This document shows positions 42,510-52,815 of a DNA stretch of 64,000 nucleotides, piece by piece. The translations under genes and the position numbers were made by a program. The notes under the pieces are model-generated. The model saw nothing but the letters and a program-made list of their open reading frames with translations, was not told the origin of the DNA and did not search any database. Source of the stretch: an uncultured Candidatus Poseidoniales archaeon (GTDB lineage Archaea > Thermoplasmatota > Poseidoniia > Poseidoniales > Thalassarchaeaceae). The stretch covers positions 66,468 to 130,467 of the forward strand of contig CACELO010000002.1 of NCBI GenBank assembly GCA_902560445.1. The letters run 5' to 3'. How positions within the stretch are numbered: position 1 is the stretch's first letter; every line of letters begins with the position of its first letter.

Positions 42510-43136
42510 TTAGTTCGCTTCGAGCCAACTAGGATTTGGAGCGTATTGAGTCTCGGAACCACCGTGTATACGCTCCAATTTACCCAGGAGCCAGAGCCTA
42601 TCTAGGAACATCTGTAACTCTAATCCTGAACGGTTAATTCGCTCCCCCAATAAACTCTCTATTGAGCCTACTGAAAGAGAGGTATGACCGTGTTCACGAA
42701 CCACTAAAGTCATGACTAACTGAATCCAAGATTCTGCCATTGGGTCGCCAGACATGTTGTCGGATAGAGGCTCGGGGTCTTCTTCCAATTCTTCCAAAAA
42801 TAAGCTAATTTCTGCGAGGTTCGGTTCGCTTCTCTGAGGGACGCCTAACTCTGCGACTCCGGCATCTATGTCAAGGTCTCCGACAACTCTGACAATGGAT
42901 GGTAATCGACTTGGATCGGGTGGAGGCCCTGGTAATTCTCTAGCCTCTTTAGCAAGTTTAGAGCCATCGGAGGTTCCTGAAGTCGAGGAAATAACCGATT
43001 GTGTGTATCCGATATCACCTTCGAGACCTATTCTTTCACGGTATAGGTTAACCCAAGACGGCGGGCCTTGGATTACAACTTCTACTTCATGCTCATTAGA
43101 GCGGAAGGAGAAGCGGATGTTTTCCTCGTCAGACAT
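42510..43136 (-). CDS. acidic cytoplasmic protein of unknown function, downstream of acnA
   Basis: ORF track 42510..43235. I use ATG 43136 (MSDEENIRF...), which avoids the overlap with the acnA 3' end. Confidence 0.5.
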   Translation of the reverse strand: MSDEENIRFSFRSNEHEVEVVIQGPPSWVNLYRERIGLEGDIGYTQSVISSTSGTSDGSKLAKEARELPGPPPDPSRLPSIVRVVGDLDIDAGVAELGVPQRSEPNLAEISLFLEELEEDPEPLSDNMSGDPMAESWIQLVMTLVVREHGHTSLSVGSIESLLGERINRSGLELQMFLDRLWLLGKLERIHGGSETQYAPNPSWLEAN

Positions 43137-43167
43137 ATAATCACCGGTTAAGTTATCAGATTTCAAT

Positions 43168-45852
43168 TCAAGTATCTGCCAAATTGCGCAAAACGGCCTG
43201 AAGGATTCCGCCATTTCGGTAATAGTCGACCTCAACAGGCGTATCTAGTCTCACGACTGCATCGAATTCGATAACCTCTCCACTTTCCTTCGTCGCTTTG
43301 ACAGTTATGGAGGATAGCGGAATTAGGTCAGCTGTAGCAGGAATATCAAAAGTCTCAGTTCCATCAAGGCCGATAGAATCTGCGTTATCTCCCTCTGGGA
43401 AGGTCAATGGAAGCACACCCATACCAACTAGATTGGAACGATGAATTCGCTCAAAGGAGGTCGCAATTACTGCCTTCACCCCAAGGAGATAGGTGCCTTT
43501 GGCAGCCCAGTCTCTGCTACTACCTGTGCCATACTGAGTACCCGCTAAGACTACCAGAGGCGTTCCTTCAGCTTGGTATCTCATGCTTGCATCGAATACC
43601 GAGACTACTTCATCGGTTGGGAAATGAGTAGTGAATCCACCTTCGGTCCCGTAAGCTATATCATTACGAATTCGAACATTAGCAAAAGTTCCTCTCATCA
43701 TCACTTCATGGTTACCTCGGCGGCTCCCAAAGGAATTGAAATCTCGAGGTTCTACACCCTTTGAAATGAGGTATTGACCAGCTGGCCCATGGTGAGGGAA
43801 AGCGCCGGCGGGACTAATGTGATCTGTGGTTACAGAATCTCCTAACTTGAGCAGAACTTTAGCTCCGTGAATAGGTTCTATTGGAGCAGGTTCAGGGAGA
43901 ATTCCTTCAAAGAAAGACGGGAGACGAACATAAGTTGATTCATTTGCCCAAGGATATAGAGCGGATTCAGAACTACTAATTGCGTCCCATCGAGGTTCCT
44001 TTAGAACATCTGAGTAGCGTCTTCGGAACATTTCAGGACCAATTGAATTAGCTATAGTTTGCTTTATCTCGTCATCACTCGGCCATATGTCGGATAGCAT
44101 AACTGGACCATTTGGGCCGTTACCAACCGGGTCTGTCTCAAAATCGACATCTAGTGTTCCAGCGATTGCATAAGCAACTACCAGAGGGGGGCTTGCGAGA
44201 TAATTTGCTTTGACCTTCTGGTGTATTCTTCCCTCGAAATTTCGATTTCCTGAAAGTACACTTCCAACAATCAAATCCGCCTCATCAATTGCTGCTTCAA
44301 TATCAGCGTCCAGGGGTCCAGAATTTCCAATACAGGTTGTGCAACCATATCCTACGACACTGAAACCAAGTGAATCTAGATCCTCAGTAAGTCCAGCCGC
44401 ATCAAAATACTCAGTGACTACTCGAGAACCAGGCGCTAGGCTCGGTTTTACACTTGGTGCAATTGTTAAGCCCGCTTGTCTGGCTTTTCTTGCCAGTAAA
44501 CCAGCAGCAATCATTACACTTGGATTACTGGTGTTGGTGCAACTCGTAATAGCGGCGATTACGATATCACCGTGTTTCAGGTCAACCCCTCTAGAGCCAA
44601 TTTTAGCAGAGGAATCATTCTTACTTTCATGAATGCCATGTCCGCTATGTCCAATAGGTGCATTTAGACTTGTTTTCCAATGGTTTTTCATATCTGAAAG
44701 ATCGACCCTATCCTGAGGCCTTTTGGGACCAGCCAATGCGGGTTCTACGGTCGATAAATCGAGCGATAGGTTGCTTGTAAAGGACGGTGTAGGAGTTTCG
44801 GATGTATGGAACATTCCTTGAGCTGAGAGATAGCGTTTAACATCCTCAATATGAGACTCTTCTCTGCCAGAAAGTCGCATGTAATCTAACGTGGTTTCAT
44901 CGACTGGAAAGAATCCACATGTTGCTCCATATTCAGGAGCCATGTTGGCAATTGTTGCCCTATCGGGAAGACTTAGATTTGCGAGCCCAGAACCATGGAA
45001 TTCTACAAACTTACCAACCACACCATGTGCCCTCAGCATCTCTACTATTCTTAGTGTCATATCGGTGGCTGTGACTCCAGGTCTGAGAGAGCCTGTTAAC
45101 TCAAAACCACAAACTTCGGGAAGAAGCATGTAAATTGGCTGACCTAGCATTACCGCCTCAGCCTCAATTCCACCGACTCCCCAACCTAAAACTCCGAGCC
45201 CGTTGATCATGGTTGTGTGACTATCAGTACCAACTAGAGTATCGGGTAACCAAACGCCATTTTCACCTCTAGCTACGCTAGCAATCCACTCCAGGTTTAC
45301 CTGATGAACAATCCCCCTTCCGGGAGGTACTGCACGAAAATTATCCAAACTTTCCTGACCCCATTTAAGGAATTCATAGCGCTCCATATTTCGTTGGTAT
45401 TCAATCTCCAAATTTCTCTCTCTTGCATCTAAGAATAATCCGGATACATCAACCTGAACAGAATGATCGATTACCAAATCGACTGGGACTTGTGGATTTA
45501 CTTTCTCAGGATCTCCACCCAACTCTACCATTGCGTCCCTTAGGGCAGCAATATCAACAACAGCAGGCACTCCTGTGAAGTCCTGTAAAATTACACGACT
45601 TGGTGAGAATGGAATTTCTTCAGGAGTCATTGTAGGCGACCAAGATGCGATGCGTTCAACATCTTCACGAGTAATGAGGAAACCATCGCACTTTCGCAAC
45701 GCGGCTTCCAACAATAATCGAATTGTAAAGGGAAGAGAATCAAGGTCACAGAGACCTAATTCTTGCAGATGATAAAGTGAGTGAAAGTCGGCTTCAGTAC
45801 CGTCAGATTTGGCAAATGATCTCACAGAATCAAAGCCTACTGAATCCATCAT
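43168..45852 (-). CDS. acnA: aconitate hydratase A (AcnA/IRP type)
   Basis: 894 aa. '[13 protein letters not shown]', '[13 protein letters not shown]', '[10 protein letters not shown]' and '[10 protein letters not shown]' are the Fe-S ligand Cys motifs. Confidence 0.95.
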   Translation of the reverse strand: MMDSVGFDSVRSFAKSDGTEADFHSLYHLQELGLCDLDSLPFTIRLLLEAALRKCDGFLITREDVERIASWSPTMTPEEIPFSPSRVILQDFTGVPAVVDIAALRDAMVELGGDPEKVNPQVPVDLVIDHSVQVDVSGLFLDARERNLEIEYQRNMERYEFLKWGQESLDNFRAVPPGRGIVHQVNLEWIASVARGENGVWLPDTLVGTDSHTTMINGLGVLGWGVGGIEAEAVMLGQPIYMLLPEVCGFELTGSLRPGVTATDMTLRIVEMLRAHGVVGKFVEFHGSGLANLSLPDRATIANMAPEYGATCGFFPVDETTLDYMRLSGREESHIEDVKRYLSAQGMFHTSETPTPSFTSNLSLDLSTVEPALAGPKRPQDRVDLSDMKNHWKTSLNAPIGHSGHGIHESKNDSSAKIGSRGVDLKHGDIVIAAITSCTNTSNPSVMIAAGLLARKARQAGLTIAPSVKPSLAPGSRVVTEYFDAAGLTEDLDSLGFSVVGYGCTTCIGNSGPLDADIEAAIDEADLIVGSVLSGNRNFEGRIHQKVKANYLASPPLVVAYAIAGTLDVDFETDPVGNGPNGPVMLSDIWPSDDEIKQTIANSIGPEMFRRRYSDVLKEPRWDAISSSESALYPWANESTYVRLPSFFEGILPEPAPIEPIHGAKVLLKLGDSVTTDHISPAGAFPHHGPAGQYLISKGVEPRDFNSFGSRRGNHEVMMRGTFANVRIRNDIAYGTEGGFTTHFPTDEVVSVFDASMRYQAEGTPLVVLAGTQYGTGSSRDWAAKGTYLLGVKAVIATSFERIHRSNLVGMGVLPLTFPEGDNADSIGLDGTETFDIPATADLIPLSSITVKATKESGEVIEFDAVVRLDTPVEVDYYRNGGILQAVLRNLADT

Positions 45853-45944
45853 CCCAATACCTCTTGATTTATTGGGTTAGGGAACCCTCCATCAATGTGA
45901 CTATTGGAAGCATATTCCATATGATAGCCAAGGTTATGGTAATA

Positions 45945-47000
45945 TTAATTTCTGTAGGCCTGAATTAATCGAACATCCTCAACCGGTTTATCGTTGCTAC
46001 CAGTTGATACTTCGCTAATCGCATCAACGTGGTTCATTCCCGAAGTCACCATTCCGAATACCGTGTGAACACCGTCAAGGTGACTTGGTGTACTATCAGA
46101 AGGGACAATGTAAAACTGGCTACCAGCTGTATTGGGGGCAGAAGTCTTTGCCATGGCAATTACGCTTGGTTCGTGCAAGAGACCATTGTCAGCCTCATCG
46201 GGTACAGTCCAATCATTTCTTGGACAATTTTCAGATGTGTAAATTTCTCCATCGCTTCCAGATATCTCTCCATTGCAGTACCCATACCAAATTCCAGCAT
46301 AACCCCCTGCGCCATTCATGTCATCAATGTCCCCGCCTTGTATCATAAAACCATCAATTATTCGATGGAAAATTGTTGAGTCGTACATTCCATTGTCGAC
46401 TAGATACAGGAAGTTCTCTACGTGCTTTGGTGCTTCTGAGGAATACAATTGAATGACGATTTCCCCCTCTAAGCGAGAATTAGGATTATCCGGGTCAATG
46501 TATGAGACTTGTAGGGTAACTTCGGTACTGTCCAATGGCTGTTCGAGCGATTCTCCTGCAAATTTGAAGGCAACTAAGAACACCATTATTCCTACAAATA
46601 CGGCAGCAAGTCCTGCTGGTGTAGGATTGCCGTCATCGAATAGCTGCAAACCTTTGCCCAATGAAATCGATTGCTCGTCCATCATCGATGCTAATTTATT
46701 CTGAGCTCGACGGATATCTTTGTTTGATGGTTCTAGTTTCAACGCGCGTTGGTAGCTATTGTGTGCATCTTGCCAATGCATTTTGCGATTGCCCATGTCA
46801 ATATCGCCTTTGGCAATCTTTGCCTCAGCTGCCAAGGATATTACCTGAACCTTCTGAGAGTTATTTTCTGTTGCAGCCCATGCTTCGGTTCTAAGTAGTT
46901 CTAGAGCATTATCTACATCTCCAGAATCAATCATTGATATGGCGCGGGACAGGGCGTCCTTCAGAGCGCTCGGTCCTGCAGGCATAGGTCCGCCGACCAC
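45945..47000 (-). CDS. membrane-anchored cyclophilin-type peptidyl-prolyl isomerase with N-terminal TPR-like region
   Basis: The C-terminal domain has 'FHRIIDGFMIQGGD' and 'GSQFYIV'. The central TM is 'AGLAAVFVGIMVFLVAF'. Confidence 0.85.
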   Translation of the reverse strand: MVGGPMPAGPSALKDALSRAISMIDSGDVDNALELLRTEAWAATENNSQKVQVISLAAEAKIAKGDIDMGNRKMHWQDAHNSYQRALKLEPSNKDIRRAQNKLASMMDEQSISLGKGLQLFDDGNPTPAGLAAVFVGIMVFLVAFKFAGESLEQPLDSTEVTLQVSYIDPDNPNSRLEGEIVIQLYSSEAPKHVENFLYLVDNGMYDSTIFHRIIDGFMIQGGDIDDMNGAGGYAGIWYGYCNGEISGSDGEIYTSENCPRNDWTVPDEADNGLLHEPSVIAMAKTSAPNTAGSQFYIVPSDSTPSHLDGVHTVFGMVTSGMNHVDAISEVSTGSNDKPVEDVRLIQAYRN

Positions 47001-47179
47001 CCACCCCTTGAAAACCGCAACGGATGGGAAATCAAACCTTAGAGCGTGATATTGACTGTATCATGACTTTGGGGTTGAGGAATTACGGAACGGGAACGGC
47101 TAAGACCGTAATTAACACGGCCCACGTTGCGCAAGCATACCGTATGTGCCCGCAGACCCCCCCCTGGAGACCTCAAACG

Positions 47180-48982
47180 ATGGCAGATATCGTCAACGAT
47201 TTCACAGTCAATATCGCAACTGCAAATGGAACAGGGTCGCAGTCTGCGAACCTGATTTTGCTTCATTCGATGTTCGAGATGGGAGTGCCTGTAAGTGGGA
47301 AGAATCTCTTCCCAAGTAACATATCTGGGCTACCAACTTGGTTTATAATCCGGGCTAGTGATGAAGGTTATCAAGCTCCGGGAGACGTCACCCACATTCA
47401 GGTAGTAATGAACAAGGATACTTGGCTGGCTGATGTGGAGAAGGCTGAGCCCGGGACTATTATCATCCACAATATGGATGTAAAACTACCAGTTGAAAGA
47501 GATGATTGCATAGTGCTCGGAATGCCAATGACAAAGATGGCTCGCTCAATTAATCCAAAACTTGCGAGAATGATTGCAAACATGTACTATGTCGGAGGAC
47601 TTGCTGAAACTCTCGGTATTGAAGAATCAGCAATCGCTTCTGCTGTGGCTCAGCAATTCAAGGGTAAGGAAAAGGCAATTCAATTGAATCTCCAGGCGAT
47701 TTCCGAGGGCAGGGATTTTGCTAGAGAAAACTGGAATTGTGATATCGGCTATTCTGTTGCTGCGCGAGACAAAGACCCAAACACATTCCTAATCGAAGGT
47801 AACGAAGCGGCAGCTTTGGGATGTATTTTCGGTGGAATCAACATGTTATCTTGGTATCCTATTACTCCTTCTTCATCACTTGCTGAATCAATTATATCTT
47901 GGTTGCCAAAATTGCGCGAAGCAGAAGATGGTGGAGCTACCTGTGCAGTTATTCAAGCCGAAGATGAATTAGCGGCTGTTGGAATGGTGGTTGGAGCTGG
48001 TTGGGCTGGTGGAAGAGGAATGACATGTACCAGCGGCCCTGGTATTTCCTTGATGTCTGAATTCATAGGATTGGCTTACTTTGCTGAGGTTCCTGGCGTG
48101 ATTTGGGATGTTAACCGAGTCGGGCCTTCAACCGGGCTGCCAACCAGAACTCAGCAAGGTGACCTTACTATGCTATACGAAGCCAGTCATGGAGATACTC
48201 AACATATTGTGTTGATTCCAGGAACTGTCGATGAATGCTTCGAATTTGGCTGGCGGTGTTTTGACGTAGCAGAAAAATTCCAGACTCTTGTCTTCGGATT
48301 CTCAGACTTAGATTTGGGAATGAACCGTTGGGTTACAGCAGGATTCGAATACCCTAATCAGAAATTGGACAGAGGTAAGGTAATCAGGACTCAAGAACAA
48401 CTTGATGCTATCGAGAATTTTGGCCGATATAGAGATGTAGACGGAGATGGAATTCCATACCGAACTCTCCCTGGTAGTGGATTAGAGCCGATTCTTTACA
48501 GAGGAACTGGTCACGATGAAGATGGAGTATATTCGGAAGACCCTGAAGTATACGCTGCAACAGTGGCACGCTTGAAGCGTAAAATCGAGGGCGCAAGGGA
48601 CAAACTTCCTGCTCCAGTTATGCGCGAGGAAAACGATAAGCAAGTGGGAATAATCTACTACGGGTCAGTCGAGAATACGATTACAGAAATCGACGATATT
48701 CTAGAATCAACTACCGGCATGAAGGTCAGTACTTGTAGAGTTAGAGCGCTACCATACCATTCAGAGGTAGAGCGCTTCATAGCAGAACATGACCAAGTGG
48801 TAGTCTTAGAAATCAACAGAGATGGACAGCTATTCGGAATTCTTCGGAAAGAATTACCTGTTGAACACCTGAGCAAATTGCATTCGGTCGCCTTTAGTGA
48901 TGGAATTCCTCCGCGAGCCCGGGTATATGCTGAGATGATATTGAAAACCTTGTCTGGCGATACAAAAGAGGTGATTGTATGA
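47180..48982 (+). CDS. korA: 2-oxoacid:ferredoxin oxidoreductase alpha subunit (fused gamma-alpha type)
   Basis: Starting at ATG 47180 gives 'MADIVNDFTVNIATANGTGSQSAN' (gamma-like), then 'GNEAAALG', 'WYPITPSS', 'AEDELAA'. The upstream 52 codons in the ORF track lack any recognisable motif. Confidence 0.85.
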   Translation: MADIVNDFTVNIATANGTGSQSANLILLHSMFEMGVPVSGKNLFPSNISGLPTWFIIRASDEGYQAPGDVTHIQVVMNKDTWLADVEKAEPGTIIIHNMDVKLPVERDDCIVLGMPMTKMARSINPKLARMIANMYYVGGLAETLGIEESAIASAVAQQFKGKEKAIQLNLQAISEGRDFARENWNCDIGYSVAARDKDPNTFLIEGNEAAALGCIFGGINMLSWYPITPSSSLAESIISWLPKLREAEDGGATCAVIQAEDELAAVGMVVGAGWAGGRGMTCTSGPGISLMSEFIGLAYFAEVPGVIWDVNRVGPSTGLPTRTQQGDLTMLYEASHGDTQHIVLIPGTVDECFEFGWRCFDVAEKFQTLVFGFSDLDLGMNRWVTAGFEYPNQKLDRGKVIRTQEQLDAIENFGRYRDVDGDGIPYRTLPGSGLEPILYRGTGHDEDGVYSEDPEVYAATVARLKRKIEGARDKLPAPVMREENDKQVGIIYYGSVENTITEIDDILESTTGMKVSTCRVRALPYHSEVERFIAEHDQVVVLEINRDGQLFGILRKELPVEHLSKLHSVAFSDGIPPRARVYAEMILKTLSGDTKEVIV

Positions 48983-50016
48983 GTATGAGGCCGATTCAAC
49001 TCAATGTTATCGACCTACCAAAGGCAGACTATACTGGAGGGCCTTCCTCTCTATGTCCTGGTTGTGGACACGATCAAATTTCCAACGTAATCATCCAAGC
49101 CGCTTGGGAAAATGGTATTGCACCAGAAAAAATTGCCAAGATGTCGGGTATCGGGTGTTCTTCCAAGACTCCTGCTTACTTCCTAGGCAAGTCTCACGGA
49201 TTCAACACAGTACACGGTAGAATGCCCTCGGTTACAACCGGTGCAAACATGGTCAACAAGGACCTCGCCTTCCTCGGTGTATCTGGTGACGGTGATACCG
49301 CTTCAATTGGAATTGGACAATTTATCCATGCGATTAGACGTAATCTAAACATGGTCTACATTATCGAAAATAACGGAGTTTATGGACTGACAAAGGGTCA
49401 GTACTCTGCAACAGTAGAAAAAGGTTCGAAAAAAAAGAAGGGGGCAACCAACGAAAATCCTCCAATCGATCTTTGTAAGATGGCAATTAACCTTGGATGT
49501 GGCTTCGTAGCAAGGTCATTTTCGGGTTCAAAAAAGCAGTTAACTGCACTATTACGGGCCGCCTTATCGCACAAGGGAATGGCGGTAATCGATGTGATTT
49601 CACCTTGTGTTACTTTCGCAAATAATGATGAATCATACCGTTCTTACAATTACGTTAAGGGGAATGAAGAGGAACTTCATACCGTTGATTACATCCCACA
49701 CTTTACTCCGATCGAAGAGGTAGAAGTTCCGGAAGGCCAATTCGAGGATATCAGCCTATTTGATGGTTCAACCCTGAGATTAGAAACACTTGGGGAAGAT
49801 CACGACCCAGGTAATCCGGTGGCTGCATTGGCAGCGATTCATGAGGCTGAAGAAAATGACAAGCACGTAACGGGACTTCTCTATTATGATTCAGAGATGA
49901 AGACTGCTGACGAGGCACTGGGCCTAACTGACACTCCTTTAGTAGATTTATCTGAGGATGAATTAAGGCCAAGTAAGGCAGCTCTGAAAGAACTCAACCA
50001 ATCTTTCCGGGCTTGA
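48979..50016 (+). CDS. korB: 2-oxoacid:ferredoxin oxidoreductase beta subunit (TPP-binding)
   Basis: 'CPGCGH' and the 'GDGDTASIGIGQFIHAIRRNLNMVYIIENNGVYGLTKGQ' TPP motif. It has a 4-nt overlap with korA. Confidence 0.9.
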   Translation: MSMRPIQLNVIDLPKADYTGGPSSLCPGCGHDQISNVIIQAAWENGIAPEKIAKMSGIGCSSKTPAYFLGKSHGFNTVHGRMPSVTTGANMVNKDLAFLGVSGDGDTASIGIGQFIHAIRRNLNMVYIIENNGVYGLTKGQYSATVEKGSKKKKGATNENPPIDLCKMAINLGCGFVARSFSGSKKQLTALLRAALSHKGMAVIDVISPCVTFANNDESYRSYNYVKGNEEELHTVDYIPHFTPIEEVEVPEGQFEDISLFDGSTLRLETLGEDHDPGNPVAALAAIHEAEENDKHVTGLLYYDSEMKTADEALGLTDTPLVDLSEDELRPSKAALKELNQSFRA

Positions 50017-50050
50017 GTAATTGAGTCAATAATCTATCGAGCGGTTTTGT

Positions 50051-50060
50051 TGAAATATAC
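50051..50060 (+). promoter_or_regulatory. TATA-like box (TGAAATATAC) about 26 nt upstream of tRNA-Gln
   Basis: The position relative to the mature 5' end (50082) fits the archaeal TATA at about -26. Confidence 0.3.
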
Positions 50061-50081
50061 GACCCGACTCGGCGAGTCGCT

Positions 50082-50157
50082 AGTCCCTTAGTGTAGCGGT
50101 CCATCATATGGCACTCTGGATGCCATGACCCTGGTTCAAATCCGGGAGGGACTACCA
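50082..50157 (+). tRNA. tRNA-Gln (anticodon CUG), CCA encoded
   Basis: AGTCCCT-TA-GTGT..-TGGCA-CTCTGGA-TGCCA-TGAC-CCTGG-TTCAAAT-CCGGG-AGGGACT-A-CCA. The A1-U72 pair is the known archaeal tRNA-Gln feature. Confidence 0.85.
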
Positions 50158-50163
50158 AACAAA

Positions 50164-50343
50164 TCACAGTGCACGGTTGAGTAATCTAGAAGCGAATGAA
50201 ATCATTAGGATAATCATAAACCAAGCCACGGCATATCTAGCCCAAGGAGTCTCCTTCTTTGGTTCAGGAAAAGGGTCAATTCCAGCTTCTATAGCTTCTG
50301 CGAACAAAGCTAATTCTTCCTCAATAGTCTCGGGGTCTCTCAT
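50164..50343 (-). CDS. possible 59-aa tail-anchored small membrane protein (below the ORF-track cut-off)
   Basis: My own translation: MRDPETIEEELALFAEAIEAGIDPFPEPKKETPWARYAVAWFMIILMISFASRLLNRAL*. The ATG lies 10 nt after the AKR stop, on the same strand. Confidence 0.35.
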   Translation of the reverse strand: MRDPETIEEELALFAEAIEAGIDPFPEPKKETPWARYAVAWFMIILMISFASRLLNRAL

Positions 50344-50352
50344 TTCTATTCC

Positions 50353-51216
50353 TCAAGGTTCAGCAGTTGGGTTCCAACCAGAAACATAGGCTTCTTCTAA
50401 TTGATTAAACGCAGATTCTGTGCCATTAATATCTACTTTCAAACTTGCAAGATTCTCGTATATTCTACCGGGATTACTAGATTTAGGGATGGTAATTGCA
50501 CCAGTATCGTAAACCCATTTAATTGCGGCTTGGGCTGGTGTACATCCTAGTGATTTTGCTATCTTTGTGAGATTACCACATTCCACTTTGTGACCTCTTG
50601 CCAACGGTGAGTAAGCCATTACATTGGCCCCGATGGCTTCTGTTGCTGCACGGAGCGCAGGTCGCTGATTCCAAGGATGCAATTCCACCTGATTGACGGC
50701 AGGTAAAATGGTGGCATAGGCTCGCATATCATCTAGATGATGAGCGCCATAATTACTCACTCCAATCGTTCTAGTCCATCCACGAGCGAGGCATTCTTCC
50801 ATTCCTCTCCAAACCTCTGCTCTAGCGTCGATATCTTCAGGTGGAGCATGAACGAGATATAGGTCAATAGAATCCAAGCCAAGCATATCTAGACTGATTC
50901 GACAGTGCTCTAAAGCTGCTTCATAACTCGTCGCATGTGGTCTTCGTAGTTTAGTTACGACAAATATCTCCTCTCTTGCAACCCCGCTCTCTCGAATAGC
51001 CGCTCCCGTCTCGGTTTCGTTTGCGTAAGATCTTGCAGTATCGATTAGTCGATATCCATGGTTGATTGCATGCTTAACAGCGCTACGGCATTCACCCCCT
51101 TCGGACATTTGCCAAACTCCTAGACCAAACCTAGGCATTTGCACTTCATGCTCGCGATGGCCTGTGGCTGTATTGGTATGTCCAATGGTAATGTAGTCAA
51201 AGTCGCCAGCGCTCAT
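50353..51216 (-). CDS. aldo/keto reductase
   Basis: 'MPRFGLGVWQM', 'GYRLIDTARSYANE', 'LYLVHAP', 'GVSNYG', 'NQVELHP': AKR pattern. Confidence 0.85.
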   Translation of the reverse strand: MSAGDFDYITIGHTNTATGHREHEVQMPRFGLGVWQMSEGGECRSAVKHAINHGYRLIDTARSYANETETGAAIRESGVAREEIFVVTKLRRPHATSYEAALEHCRISLDMLGLDSIDLYLVHAPPEDIDARAEVWRGMEECLARGWTRTIGVSNYGAHHLDDMRAYATILPAVNQVELHPWNQRPALRAATEAIGANVMAYSPLARGHKVECGNLTKIAKSLGCTPAQAAIKWVYDTGAITIPKSSNPGRIYENLASLKVDINGTESAFNQLEEAYVSGWNPTAEP

Positions 51217-51302
51217 GTTCTTTCCTGAGAGATGCTTGACTTGAGTTTGCCGAGAGGCTACGCTCAGGGCTGGATTGAAGCGGTAAACCCCCTCGTTGAG
51301 TC

Positions 51303-52814
51303 ATGGGTGAGTTGCCAGAGGGGGTTGAATTACCCTCGGTCGAGGTCGCAAAACCACGACCTTCGGCTGCAGCAGTAATCAGTAGGAATGCAGGAGAAAA
51401 CATGGAGATATTACTCTGTCATAGAGTATCTGAAGTCCCTAGTTTCCCCGATTTTTGGGCATTTCCCGGCGGTGGGATTAGTAGGGTTGATCGAAAGGTA
51501 GCGGAATCCAACCCCTCTTGGTTTTCTGAAAGAGAAGATCGTGAGTGGTTAATCGCACTATTGAGAGAAATGTTGGAAGAAGTAGGGGTTGTACCCGATG
51601 GTAATGGGGATTTTGTGAATGTTGAAATTGAAATTATCGATCGAGTCAATGAAAATAAATCAGAATGGTCGAAACTAGTTTTTGAAAATAAATTATCAAT
51701 CGATAATTTCAACCCTGCACAAATTACACAAAGAACTACTCCACCGGTTGCACCAATTCGCCATAGGAATCGATTCTATCATGTCGATACTGGAAATAAT
51801 CTAATTAAACCAAAATTACCTACAGGTCGTTCTGAATTTGATGAATTTCAATGGTGGAAGCCAGCCGAACTACTTCATGCCTGGCTTTCTCACAAAGTAA
51901 AGCTACCACCCCCTCAAGTCACACTTATTCGTGACATAGTTGAGTTAGGATTCTCTGAATTAGCCAAAAACCCTCCAAGCGGGTATCATAGAATCGAATA
52001 TGCAAATGGTGTGGAACTAGTACCAATACCGACTGACACACTTCCTCCAGCAACCCATACAGATTGCTATGTTTTAGGTCATCCTGGCGGAAGTAGAATC
52101 ATTGTCGACCCAGCTGCTAGGTCGATTGAGGCCTTGGAAATACTAAGCAAAAAGGTGGCTGAAATAGAGAAATCTGGAAGTAAAATAATTGCTACTGTAT
52201 TTACTCACAAACATCCCGACCACATAGGAGATTTATTAGAGATTTCCAAGATTTACCAAGCACCAATTTTTGCTAGTGAAGAAACTCTTTCCGTTTTACC
52301 AAAATGCGAAACCGATAGGACTGTTAGCGAGGGAGATATTATCGAGATTGATGATGAAACTTGGAGCGTTATCGAAACACATGGTCATTGTCCTGGACAC
52401 ATTTGCTTGGTTGGGGAAGCAGGTATTGTAAGTGGAGATAACGCTGTACTATTCGGCACAATTCTAGTTCCATCCTCAGATGGAGACATGAATGAGTATC
52501 TTGCAGGATTAGAACGCCTGAGAGACTTGGATCCACCTCTTCTATTCCCAGGTCATGGACCCATGGTTGCAAATCCGAAGAGATTATTGACACGTTATTT
52601 GAATCATCGTAAAGAACGTCATTTGAGAGTATTAAATGCTGTCAAATCAAGCGACGGAAGCCTTGATTCGATTACCAGTGAAGCATACGCAGATACTCCA
52701 GATGCTCATCCAAATCTTGCCATGGATCAAACCTATTCACACTTACTTGCACTTGAGGAAAGTGGAAACATTCGTCAAGAAGATGGAATATGGAATTTTG
52801 TTAAGGTGAAATGA
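51303..52814 (+). CDS. Nudix hydrolase domain fused to an MBL-fold (LACTB2-like) metallo-hydrolase
   Basis: Nudix box 'FPGGGISRV...LREMLEEVGV' with an insertion. MBL motifs are 'THKHPDHIGD', 'THGHCPGH' and 'PGHGP'. A C-terminal winged-helix-like 'HLLALEESGNI' follows. Confidence 0.75.
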   Translation: MGELPEGVELPSVEVAKPRPSAAAVISRNAGENMEILLCHRVSEVPSFPDFWAFPGGGISRVDRKVAESNPSWFSEREDREWLIALLREMLEEVGVVPDGNGDFVNVEIEIIDRVNENKSEWSKLVFENKLSIDNFNPAQITQRTTPPVAPIRHRNRFYHVDTGNNLIKPKLPTGRSEFDEFQWWKPAELLHAWLSHKVKLPPPQVTLIRDIVELGFSELAKNPPSGYHRIEYANGVELVPIPTDTLPPATHTDCYVLGHPGGSRIIVDPAARSIEALEILSKKVAEIEKSGSKIIATVFTHKHPDHIGDLLEISKIYQAPIFASEETLSVLPKCETDRTVSEGDIIEIDDETWSVIETHGHCPGHICLVGEAGIVSGDNAVLFGTILVPSSDGDMNEYLAGLERLRDLDPPLLFPGHGPMVANPKRLLTRYLNHRKERHLRVLNAVKSSDGSLDSITSEAYADTPDAHPNLAMDQTYSHLLALEESGNIRQEDGIWNFVKVK

Positions 52815-52815
52815 A

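Noticed and set aside
47024-47179. N-terminal extensions given by the ORF track for several genes (korA 47024-47179, leuA-like 62441-62554, 704-aa protein 30701-30817, NFACT 54660-54776, 208-aa protein 43137-43235, xth 12891-12935).
   Set aside because: The extensions overlap neighbouring genes or lack similarity to the family N-termini. Internal ATG/GTG codons with SD-like sequences give N-termini matching the expected family starts.
50177-50389. 70-aa plus-strand ORF between tRNA-Gln and the aldo/keto reductase gene.
   Set aside because: It has a non-ATG start and low-complexity S/A/I sequence, and it overlaps the convergent AKR gene. The minus-strand 59-aa ORF fits the gene organisation better.
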